A stretch of 63,793 nucleotides of DNA, counting the filler, from Polymyxa betae A26-41 (Eukaryota > Protista > Endomyxa: Phytomyxea): assembly GCA_003693705.1 (NCBI GenBank). It is 7 parts of 7 records of this genome, joined end to end, with 100 filler letters (N's around TTAATTAATTAA, not from the genome) between each part and the next. Parts side by side here need not be neighbours in the genome. Positions count along the whole stretch, not along the records: positions 48,786 to 56,438 come from RBZT01000936.1; positions 56,539 to 61,426 come from RBZT01000895.1; positions 61,527 to 63,793 come from RBZT01000906.1; 4 more parts are not named here. One strand, given 5' to 3'. Made by a program: the position numbers and the translations under genes. Shown piece after piece: positions 52,703 to 63,793 of this stretch (its first letter is position 1; every line of letters begins with the position of its first letter). The notes under the pieces were generated by a model that was not told the DNA's origin, searched no databases, and saw nothing but the letters and a program-made list of their open reading frames with translations.

Positions 52703-54038
52703 CTACGTAACGAGGTCGTTTATTGAGCATGTTAAATAGACCTGTAACAGACAGGTGACAATCTCAACAGCATTGAGAGGCTTCAATCCGGAGGCCCAAT
52801 TCATGACACGGCGGATCCCAGACGGAGACGCGGCCGCCTCGGACGAGTATCCCAGATCTTTAATCGTCTGCTTTAACCCGCCATCGATCAATGCCGCCAA
52901 CAATCTAAAGTCCGTCTCGGCAATGCTCGGGATCATCAATTTCTTCCGCAGTTCGTCAATCGCTTTGGTCGGATCCGCTTTGATCTCTGCGGCGATCGTG
53001 TCCGATTTCTGCAGATAGGTGGCCAGGGCTTGTGTTAATGGCTCAGAATCATATGATGGATCGATATGAAGATCACGCAGCCATCGGTCGAGTTCTTCCG
53101 GGTACCTATCGATATCGACCTGCCCTGGAAGCTGATATAAAAGTCCGATCAAGATCATGGCCGATTGAATATCGAGATTGAGCTCCTGTTGAGCTGCGTG
53201 TGGTAGTTGCCCATCAAGTTGTATAACACGGGTATAGAACAGGATCTGGATATGGAACGGGATCGGATCTATTCGGGAGACAAAATCCCGGGTCTGCTGG
53301 AGGCCACTCTCAATCTGATACAAAAAATATTCAATAAACAAAACCATTCAGATATGTGATAGAGACCGCTGATAGGTCATTGGGATGGTCGGGAGGTTGT
53401 TCACCGAATATCACGTAACACGCAATGATCAGTAACACATCGGTCGTACCGACCCGCAGTATACGCTGCATCTGACGGACCAGCAGGTTTAGGAACTCGA
53501 CCGCGCCCGACGCCGCCGGCGACCAGGCCGCCGCGTCCCGCAGCGGGAACAGCGCCTGACGCAGGCCGCCGGCGTACTGGCCCAGCAGGCGGCCCACGGC
53601 CTGGGCGGGATGACGGACGTCCGTGCCGGTCTGAAACCAGCACCATTTCGTCCAGTGACTATGCGCTGTCCGAGTCACGATATCGTACGGAATCGATTCG
53701 GGTCGGCGGTGGTTGGCGCGGACGCGGGCCCGCCCCGGCCCGTCGGACTGGCCCAGGACGCGGACCGCGGCCCGCAACCCGATCCAGACGTTGGTGACGC
53801 CGTCGGCGCCCGCATCGATCCGATGATGGAAATCGAGCTGATCGAGCCAGGGGCGCTGCTCTTCCACCATGGTCACTATGCAGACAGGGAGTCAGTCCCG
53901 CGGGCGGGGGCAGGTACGACCAAAACAATGGTAACCGAATTCATCGACGTCGATGGTGACGGAGGTTTTATAGAGAGCTTGATAGTCGACGGCGGATACG
54001 ACAGCAGCGGTAAGAGCGAATATAAGAGCGATGTTCAT
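52703..54038 (-). CDS. Secreted orphan protein, paralogue B (~407 aa; exons 54038-53936, 53875-53367, 53314-52703; a further 3' intron is possible)
   Basis: Signal peptide MNIALIFALTAAVVSA; same intron phases and equivalent positions as paralogue A; shared motifs. Confidence 0.82.
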
Positions 54039-54519
54039 GATTTGGGATTAAAATATGATAATGAGCTGAATGGGCGGGAGAGAGGACTGATATTAGAGTG
54101 AGTCATTCCGTGGATTCGATCTCACATATTGATCGGAAAGTTCAGGAAGAGCGGCCGACCTTGATCGATCCGACGGGTATCAGGGCGATCAAGCACCCTA
54201 ACCATAAGGAGAGCATTCTTCATGTGAAGACGATCGATGTGATGGTCATCTCCTGTTTTGTTACAGTGGTCCCTTTTCTCGAAATCTTTCTCCATGAAAT
54301 TGCTACTCGAAATGGCTGTCTGAATCGCCATGGTTGTGTCAGCTCTGATTTATCGGTTGTGAGAGGAAATTTGGATTTGAGATGCAGTATGGATATGGGG
54401 GTAGATTTCATGCAGCCAGTATACGTTCTCATGTATTCATACTAACAGATTGTAATGGCTTTATGATCGTTGGATTGTATCAGCCCCAATCCATGAGGTA
54501 TAATAGTTGAGTTTGCTCC

Positions 54520-55347
54520 CTATTAACGAGCACTTAATTGTTGAACAATCTTTTGGCGAATGCGGTATTTGCGCAGCGCTTTGTTTGAAATGTGGACTGT
54601 GACTGTACCTTGTTAGCAATCAGCCAATCAGTTCTCGGCCCCCGAATATTGATCAATTCCGCAGTTGTGGATGTCGAGATTTTCATTGAATAGTACGTAT
54701 GTTTTATCTGTGTTTATCTTACTTTTTTTTGTTGCCACCAAGATTCCATGCTTTCTAACTGTAGTTTCAGCCCGTTTGTGACTTCATCATTTGTAGGCGC
54801 TGAGACCCAGCCCACTGTATCATCTACGTTAATACTGGAGTAGTTTTCTGGAAAGGGAGGTCATAGACGAAAATTAACCACAGTAGAACGCTTAAGCTTT
54901 CGTGAAGTTAAAGAGAAAAATGCATTCAAAAATTGTTCATTGCTGGCAGCACTCGTGCCACAAATGTTCGGTTCAGCAACGAAACTGATTTCGAGGAAGT
55001 TTATGTTGAATGATGTCTCTGATTCGATTCTGTATTATGTACTCGGTAATGTTTGATATGCTGCCTAATAAGCTGGTCGGTCGGAATTCTCCCGGTTTGG
55101 GTTTCGGCAGGGCGACGATGCGGGCCGTTTTGAAATCTTTCGGATAGGTTCCTATTGTTAAAATCTGACGATTAATCGCTTTCTGCAAAAGTTGGAAAAA
55201 GGTTTCTTTCTGGCAAACTGTTATTAAAATCTTGTTAGAGATTCTATTAAGACCTGGTGCAGATCGGTTATTTGCGCTTTTCAATGTCTGTCGTATCTCT
55301 CGCTCAGTTATTGGCACCATAGGCTCTGTATGAACGCCATTTGACAA
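54520..55347 (-). mobile_element. LINE reverse transcriptase fragment (degenerate)
   Basis: ITEREI..SAPGLNRISN..YPKDFKTARIVALPKP..FRPTSLL..LPRNQF; degenerate VDD at ~54820. Confidence 0.88.
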
Positions 55348-56279
55348 AAAGCCAGATTTTTTATGAAGTTTTTACGGTTCGTAATCATCAGGAGCTACGT
55401 CTTTTTGATCGAAGATGGCTTCAAACTGATTAGCGATCTGCTCATCAGCTTTCCGAAGACCATTCTGACAGCATATAGTAACACAGGAAAGCACAGAGTA
55501 ACATCTTCGCCGCAGCCATTGGTCACAGCGTTCACGTTTCTCGTTGAAATCTGGATCGGCAATCTTGGCCCGAACTATTCTTAGGCATAAACTGGGCACC
55601 AATATCAACTTCTCTTATGTGGTCTCCGAAGAAGTGACTTTGATATCTGTGAAACTATTGCACAGAATCGTGTTTTTAAGGCGTATTTCTCGAAAAAATT
55701 ACGCTTTACAAACTTCAAGAAGTCCTGTCTGGCAGTCCTTGGGGGGTTATCCCGAAAAGTGCTTAACAAATCTTAGATGCGCTTCAATTTGTGGTCGTTA
55801 ACATCGGTTTGCTCTCTGGATTCTCGTACCTCCTAAGATCTCTTACAGTACCAGATTCGAGGCAGACCTAATAACCCAATCTTTCAGAAACCAGCTCTGC
55901 GATTCTAGTTGTTTTCTCTGTAATGTTATCATTGTACACTCGACAAATCAGCTGTTTCTCGGCTATCCCGAACGACTCTCTCTTTCTAGAAGGAGTAGGG
56001 ACCATGTGATAAAGGGGTCTGAGCGCCAGAAGCAATGCTAACCCACCCAGATGGCCAATCTAAGAGTGATGGCCGAAAATCCAGTTTGTATTATTACAGA
56101 TCGAGATGATAATAGCAGAGCCCCATAAGAATCTCATCTGTCAAACATGGGCCGCGCCGCCATGTCATTGATTGCGCTGTAGAGAATCCATAGAACAATA
56201 TCCGTACAATGTAACATTATCGGGCTTCTATGAAGATGTTGTTATAAAGAGTGTCGTTATAGAGAGGTATGTGAAAAAA

Positions 56280-56438
56280 TGATTGTAATTGATTGGAAGA
56301 TAATTAATGATGATCAATCAGCTGTGTGATTATCAGATCAGGACCGGAATTAACGTCACTCGCTCTATGATGAAACATTGATCTGAGAGGGTTAATCATC
56401 TCACCGGAACGTTGAATCACTGGATGCAGAGTTGGGAC
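56280..56438 (-). repeat. Repeat R, copy 3, inverted, at contig end
   Basis: ...tgaaacattgatctgagagggttaatcatctcaccgg..tcactggatgcagagttgggac is the reverse complement of the contig start at 48786. Confidence 0.92.
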
Positions 56439-56538
56439 NNNNNNNNNNNNNNNNNNNNNNNNNNNNNNNNNNNNNNNNNNNNTTAATTAATTAANNNNNN
56501 NNNNNNNNNNNNNNNNNNNNNNNNNNNNNNNNNNNNNN
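56439..56538. other. Artificial contig spacer
   Basis: N44-TTAATTAATTAA-N44. Confidence 0.99.
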
Positions 56539-58897
56539 ATCTGGGAAGATGCCCCCATCGAGAACGTTGATGATGGCGTCTCCCTGGAAGATGATACGTC
56601 TGTTCAATGTGAACTCGACGACGCGAACTCTGAGAGCAAACATCTTTCTGATGGAGACGCGCCAACTTGTGTTCGGTGCGACAGCGAAACAATTTACGTC
56701 GGGGCAGTTTTCGACTCACTCGAGTTGGCCCGTAAGGCATGTGTCCAGTTTGCTGGTTGTCCTCTGAAACAGCAAAGCGCAAAAAAGCTAAAATATGTGA
56801 GATTCTTGTGTTTTCGAAGCGGAGTCTACGAACGGAAAAAGTCTAGTGTTCCAGAAGACTCCCAGAGACTGAAACCCAGTGGAAAATGTGATTGTTCATT
56901 CTACGTCCGTCTCCGTTTCGTTCTCGCTTCAGATTCATATCAGTATGAAGTTTATGAGGTTGCAAACAAGCACAATCACGAACTATTTAGTCCGGACGAA
57001 CTCGCAGCGTTGCCACAAAACCGCTTCATCCCTGATGATATACAAGCCAAGATGATCGAATTGAACGAGCACGGGGTCTTAACGTGCTCTCATATAATGA
57101 CTCTTATCGAGAAGGAGGAATTCCCTGATGTTGCGGTTACTTGGTCCGTTCGAGACGTCCAAAACTTGTTCCAGAAGTTTTGCAACAGAATGCACGAAAC
57201 ACATCAATTCGTTAAGATGCTGGAGGACAGAGCTGCAGAAGGATGGGAAGTGTTTCAAGAGTTAGATAAGACATCCCTTAGACTTGAGCGAATTTTTTGG
57301 ATTTCGGCGACAGGAAAGCAAAAATACTTGTGCTTCAACGATGTCTTAGAGATTGACGCGACATATAAGACCAATAGGTGCTGGCATTTAAATTCTGAAC
57401 TAGGACGCAGCGGACATTGCTACAGGTTCGGCATGCCTTTGATTCGGCTCACTGTTGTGGACAACAACGGTCTGACCACGCTTATTGGGGGGAGTCTTGT
57501 TTCGAATGAAAGGTGTGAATCCTATCGCTGGGTCCTTGAGAAATTCCGCATCTCCACTCGTCTGGATCCCGTGGTGATATTTTCGGACGGCGATACCGAG
57601 TTGGCTCGCGCAATTCAACAGACCTGGCCACAATCCGTGCATCTTCTTTGTCGCTTTCACATCGCACAAAATATCAATCGTGCTCTGGGATCCGTTTTGC
57701 AGTCGAAGCTGAGCGACTTCTTGGACGACTTCTGGCGCGTGAGCGCCATTGAAGACGTGGAGGAGTACCTCCTTGAATTTCAGCTCATGGAGGGTCGATG
57801 GGAATTAGCGTCTTCATATCTGGCTACACTTAAGGCTAAACAAGAAAAATGGGCTTTGGCCTACATTCACAGTCACTTTGTGGCTGGAATATCGTCGACA
57901 CAACGTCAGGAGATGGTGAACTACCAGGTTAAGTAGTCTCTGGTTTCTAACTCGACGTTGGCAAGAATTATCGACTGTTTCGAACGCGTTGAAAAGGCTA
58001 CAGCCTTTTAAATCATTCGTGCTTCCATTAACGACAAAATGGTAACGCTTACTGCTGATCCAATGGTTGACGATTCACTGAAAACGCTGACTGTTTATGC
58101 GGGCTTGCTGTTAAGAGTCGAGTCCAACTTATCTTTGTCTTACCAATGTCATGTTGACCCAGAGTCGAAATTCAAATTCCGGTTAAATCACAAGGACTTT
58201 CCTAACAAGTTCCGGGTCGTCATATTCGATCCAGAAGTTATTGAGCGAACTACATGTTCTTGTCGAAAACAGGTTTGGCATGGCATCGTCTGCAGGCACG
58301 TTCTCTGTATTTTCCGCCACACTAACCGTCTTGCGTGTCCAGTCATCATGTTTAATCAACGCTGGACCCGAGAGTTCTTGAATTCTTCCCGTCAGTCAAC
58401 CATAATTAACTTCGCTTTAAACAAGCCGAGCCAGCCTGTTGGCAATGGCAGCAGCGAAGAAGTCTGGGCGTCTCAACTCGCTGCTATCTGTAAGACTCTA
58501 TTTCTGTGTTCTACCGGCAGAGAAACAACTTTCAATATGGTGAAATCAACGCTTGAATCTTGCCTCGCCACAGTTCAAGGTACCGAGGAGCATATTCAGA
58601 ACGCGGAATCGGATGATCAGGTTGTTATTCGGAATCCAATCAGAGTTAAAACAAAGGGAAGACCAAAAACTGGAAACAAAAGATACATCAGTCAAGCAGA
58701 GAAACAACAAAGCCGAAGAAAGCGAAAAGCCCTTACCTCTTCGTTGCCCCGTTCCTGATGCCATACTAATACACATCTTCCATTGTGACACAGACTGCCC
58801 TTGTGATAGGGAGGTTGGCCACGGGAATTTTTGTGCGACTCCCAGTGGTTGCCCACGGGCTTATTTGTGCAACCAGTTGCACGCGTAGCAGGGTCGA
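56539..58897 (+). mobile_element. MULE/FAR1-type DNA transposon, transposase with nonsense mutations
   Basis: FAR1-like C..SG..KCDC..HNH; IDATYKTNR|FGMPL with an in-frame 48-nt intron (~57378-57425); SDGD..HLLCRFHI; SWIM CSC..IVCRH; KTKGRPK; stops at 57934 and ~58008; terminal motif at 58882-58897. Confidence 0.93.
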
Positions 58898-58989
58898 TAA
58901 TAAAATTGTCTCGCCGTAGCAACACATTTTTAGATTGGCTATGAAGATTCAGCCAAAGCGAACTAAAGCATTCGCGCGTGGTGTGCGGT

Positions 58990-61426
58990 TAAAACTGTTT
59001 AGGTGGAACATTATTCACTCTTTAGCTGTAGAGAAGCTAAAGTTGGCTACTGCAAATACGGTGCAGTTATCGTATCCTAATGAGAATATAATACAATGCG
59101 TTTTTGTGATGCAAGCCAACATTCTGCTAGTGGAATGGTTACCCAAATACCACCGGAGGATCAAGATAAGCCTGTGCATGAGAAACGACATGAGCCACTT
59201 GGTTTTGTTGGCCATCGGTTCAATCGCTCAGAGTTTAATTGGGCTATCATTGATAAAGAAGCTTTTGCAATTGTAGATTCATGGCGAAAATTGGTATATT
59301 TGTTACATATGCCACGACCTTTTAAGTTATACTCTGATCATCGTAATCTGATCATGATGTACAATCCGCAGAAGTGCTCCAAACAGTCGTGTGAGCGATT
59401 GATTAGATGGGGACTTGAACTTCGTCAGTTCACTTTTACGATTCACCATATATCCGGTGAAGAAAATGTTTGGGCAGACTTGCTCTCACGATGGGGTGCT
59501 GTTAACGAAAAAGCTCTCACCCAATTCGGTCTCAGGGCTATAACAGTTATTTCTGCAAGTCATGTCTGTAATTCCTCTCCAGTTGACGATCCTACGGCAA
59601 AATTTAGGGTTCAACCACTGGCGCCTGAGAAATTTGTCTGGCCAGATATATCGGAAATTGCGAATGAACAAAGTGCTCATATGACTAATTGAAAATTGTC
59701 TATGAATGATGATAATTTGTTCATTGATGAACGCAAACGTTTGGTGATCCCAGTAGAGAGCAGGGAGCTCTGTGTCCGTCTGTGTGTGATTGCTCATGCA
59801 GGACTGAAAAGTGGCCATATTGGATATAACGCTGCATTGAAATTACTGCAGCACTGGGTCTATTGGAAAGGAATGGAGGCGGATTTGAAAAATGTGCGTA
59901 ACTCTTGTTTACATTGCCTCCCGACAAGAAGTGGATTTAGGAAGCCCCGACCCCTAGGTGAGGCTTGTCATGGGACTCGACCTAATCAAGTTATCCACTT
60001 TGATTATCTGTATATAATGTCAAGAGCAAAAGGCTCTTATCACGATTTTGAATAGATGTTCATTATGCGGGATGATTTTTCGGGCCTTGTAAAACTGACT
60101 CCAGCAGTTTTGCCTGATACTATGACAACTGTAGATGCATTATTAGAGTGGCGATCACTCTTTGGAACATCTGAATTATATGTTTCTGATCAGGCATCTT
60201 ACTTTGTCTCAGAAACCATGCAGCAGTTTGCTCGCAGATGTAACACGAAACAGCATTGGACAACCGCCTATGTCCATTACTCTAATGGCACAGTAGAGGT
60301 GATTTGTAAGCACGTGCTTGCATTGATCAGAGCTCTCATTTCTGAGTTACGGTGGAACAAAGAAGATTGGCCATGGTTGGTCAAACTTATTGAGCATACG
60401 CTTAATCATCGGCCCCAGCGACGATTGTTGTGGAATGCACCGGTGACTGTAATGACAGGATTACCTTCTGATAATCCATTAAATGTTGTTTTCCATAATC
60501 CACGTAACGAAACGGGTACACTGACAACGTTGTCAGCAGAGAGGATTCGGAGTCATGTTAAAAGACTCCAACAAGCCTTGGATTCGATGCATAAATCGGT
60601 TTTGAAGGCAACTGAACTTGAGCGCGAAGTTCATCGTCAGCGATAAACGTTTTCGACAGAGAGCAAACTTTGGTCTAGGAGACTTTGTGCTAGTCGGAGT
60701 TGTGGATCGCCATCCCAACCAAAAGTTATACTGAAAATGGCGAGGGCCATACAGAATTGTTGAGCTGGTAAACGGTTATGTTTTTATAGTGAAAAACATA
60801 ATTACACAGGAGAGACAGTAGGTTCATGGTGACCGTCTCTACTTTTATTGTGATTCGAAGTTGAATGTCACTGAAGAGCTAAAAACTCAGTTTGCATTTG
60901 ATAATGCTAAATTTGAGATAGAAGCAATTTTGGATGTTCGCCCAAATTCTCAGTCTGGAGAGTTAGAGCTGCTCATTCACTGGAAAGGATTCAGTGATCT
61001 TGAAAATTCATGGGAACCTATAGATATTATCGTGACGGATGCACCGTCGATGGTTCGAAGGTTCTATCGTGCACATCTTCATCATCCACTTGCAGAACGT
61101 CTGCAATTGGTAATCAAGAGTGCGGGCCTGAAGGTGTAAGTGACTTTGAGCTGACCTTTTCCCATAACTTGCCACTTATGGTTTTTTACTGGTGCTCGGT
61201 CCCCTTCAAAATGTGTTCAAGCCTCACTACAACCGCCTTAGTTTTCTTTGGCAACTTTTGGGAGGAGGAAGTGTGTAGTGCAGTAATAATTGCGAACACT
61301 TATTGCGCCCTACTTTAGTTGTAATGTTTTATACAAAGGCACGAAGGTCCCAAAACGGGAATTTGAATATTTTTTTTATGTAAAAAACATTAATGTTGTG
61401 ACAATAAAGAGATTACTTTTTCCTAA
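58990..61426 (+). mobile_element. Ty3/gypsy chromodomain-bearing retrotransposon, 3' half (RH-IN-chromo, PPT, start of 3' LTR)
   Basis: FCDAS..SGMVTQIP..HEPLGFVGHRFN (same family as 43-48 kb); integrase HAG..GH..CLHC, SDQASYF, NGTVE; chromodomain FEIEAILD..HWKGFSDLENSWEP; PPT gggaggaggaag at ~61260 then tgtagtg; multiple stops. Confidence 0.93.
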
Positions 61427-61526
61427 NNNNNNNNNNNNNNNNNNNNNNNNNNNNNNNNNNNNNNNNNNNNTTAATTAATTAANNNNNNNNNNNNNNNNNN
61501 NNNNNNNNNNNNNNNNNNNNNNNNNN
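61427..61526. other. Artificial contig spacer
   Basis: N44-TTAATTAATTAA-N44. Confidence 0.99.
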
Positions 61527-63689
61527 TTGAGTCGAAAAAGTTCAGCACCCAGAGTTCTTTACACAAGAAGAAATGCGCTCCATAGGTGATTGATTGTGGC
61601 TTTTGTTTCCTGCTAATCTTACAATCATATTCAGGGACTGAATCAGAGAACTACGAAATGCGTAAGATCGAAGAAACGATGCAGCAATTACTAAAGGGAG
61701 GCAAAGATGTGAAGCTATATGACCGAACAAAGGATCAACATCATCCGTACAAGCGTTCAGGCTTTTATGGCGTTGATGCTTTGTCCAAACACTTATCTTC
61801 CGGATGGAATCCCTGCCACCAATTCAAGTCTGATTATATGCATTATTTAGGCGTAAGAGCAACTGTATTGAAATGAACGTGGCCAAAACGCTGATTGGAG
61901 CGCTGGACTGTGAGGCAAGTGGCTCCGGGCTAGTTTTTGATGAAGAAGCTCGTGATGCTGAGAGAGCACTGAATCGGCTGGCGACTGTGTGGGGCTACAG
62001 CACGCGCTTGCCATGGGCATTGATTATAGGCAGCCGGGCTGAGATAACAGCTAGACTTAAAATGCTCAGAGCTTCAGAAGGCATGTTTAATTAATCTAAT
62101 TGGGGTACAAACCATGCTGAAACTGTAGTCTAGGAAGTCCCGAGCTGTTGATTCCATATGTATCATCTCAAGTCCTCATTAAGAACGCGCAATGACATAT
62201 GATGCTGCGCTGATTATTTAAATTTTTGACCAAAGGTTTATTCGGAACTGATAGCTGTTCCAGACAATTCCAGAAAGTGCTTTATTTGTTCTTTGACAAG
62301 CTATCAGATTGCTTCTGCTTGGTTGCCAAGCGCTCGGGTTTAGAAAAGTTCCAGGTTGAGCTCACAGAAGCGCTAACATTGCTTGAAGAGGTTAGGCTTT
62401 ATTGCTATTCTCACTCAATCCTAACCTAAGCATGTTGAACAGCAACTTCCTTGTATGTTCATGACTCTTCCTGTGCATTTAATTTTGCACGTAGTTCCCT
62501 ATTTGCTTCAAGATTTAGGGCCTTTAACAGGAACGTCATGGAATTTTTGGTCTGAGCGGTTTATGAGACCGACAAAATCGATGAGCCACGCCTCCTAAGG
62601 CCAAGCTGTGAACATTATGAAGAATTTCTACGAACAGGTTATTGTAGCCTGTTTCAGGTAGCCAACGGTCAACAATATCGATGATGACTCAGAAGCGATT
62701 TAGGTATGAGCATCATCAACACTTCTCCCATAGTTCCGAAAGAATATGGACTTTCGGGGCAGCAGGAAAAGATGTTAACGAAGGCAATTCCGAAAGTGCT
62801 TCCGTTGTTTTTAATCAAAACGATTCGCAGATAGGTATCAACTTGGGTGTGGACAGTTGACCAATATTTATTTTATCGATAGGGAAGTTCCAACCACACC
62901 TTCGAAGAATATCGTCACGCTGTGATGGCTGTGAATTCCAAAATTGGAACTTCATTCAGCGACGACAGATTGCAAGCACAACCGATTGCATTTTTCCAAC
63001 GCAACAGGGATGACTTGATTGCGATTCTCATTGATGCAGGATTCGACAAATCGTTGATAGCCGCATTGCAAGGTAAGTTTGTTATATCGTTCGTTTATTG
63101 TAATATGGCCTTTTGGGAAGTTTTTAGAGTTAGATGTAAATCACCATTGCCGGCTTTAATTTCAATTTGGAACGTGACATTAAAGTAAACACATACATAA
63201 TTGGAAAGTTAATAAGATTTCAGAAAGAGCTCTTACGTTTTCGGGTCTCACCACCACTGTTGGATAGGGGAATTTGCCAGCATCAAAAGAATAATGCATA
63301 GCGGTAGAATATTTCGCTCTCGGGAATACGAGCGAAACAAAGCATTGAAAACAAGCAACCATATGATGCAAGTTAAGGTGGCAACAGTGCAATCCCACGA
63401 TACAGTTTGGTTTGCTGCCGCCAACTGGTTCACAAAGATAAGGATCAACGATGATACCGCTGAAGTACTTTTAGCCTATGTTGACTGGTACCGATCTCCA
63501 AATGGTGCAAAAGCCGGCTTCGCTATAGATGAAGAGACCAATTTACCGATCGTACAGCCAATGAGCAGCGCCGAGCACAAGAAATGGTCCCGTTGGGTAT
63601 TCATTGACAATGTCGAGCCGATTAATATAATGCTGGGCAAGCTGCAAGGACAGAAAGGGCACTTGGTGATTCGCAGTAATCGAGCGTAA
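61527..63689 (+). mobile_element. CACTA/En-Spm-like transposase remnant with introns
   Basis: DYMHYLG..NVAKTLI; LTLLE..PCMFMTLPVHLILHVV..LGPL..WNFWSERFM (DUF4218-like); C-terminal ..LAYVDWY.. block. Confidence 0.72.
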
Positions 63690-63793
63690 AGTAATGCAGA
63701 CAGCTATAAGAAATAAACTGGTTTATTGCACACTACATATTCATATCGGGGACTTTTGATCTGGAAAAACTTACCGCTAACAAAAACTGTCAG

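Noticed and set aside
14668-61526. Six identical TTAATTAATTAA palindromes within N runs
   Set aside because: Artificial scaffolding spacers; adjacency across them is not guaranteed

Overview
This is eukaryotic, intron-containing DNA: seven contigs joined by six artificial 100-nt spacers (N44-TTAATTAATTAA-N44). The COPI gene style, short GT-AG introns, SAR-type transposon families and orphan secreted proteins suggest a protist/SAR pathogen such as a plasmodiophorid; this assignment is inference only. Recognisable host genes are a 10-exon coatomer gamma-COP gene, a multi-exon ZFC3H1/Red1-like gene whose first exons encode a PABPN1-like RRM, tRNA-Asp(GTC) and a 3'-truncated intron-containing tRNA-Met. 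Orphan genes include several secreted or membrane-anchored candidate effectors. Two of these are tandem paralogues with identical intron phases, on a contig bounded by inverted copies of the upstream region of one paralogue. The rest is dense TE debris: a MULE-type non-autonomous element with TIRs and a 9-bp TSD, MULE, hAT and CACTA transposases, two related Ty3/gypsy copies, a solo gag, LINE fragments and a decayed USP-like protease gene. All gene models were spliced by eye and no database searches were run.
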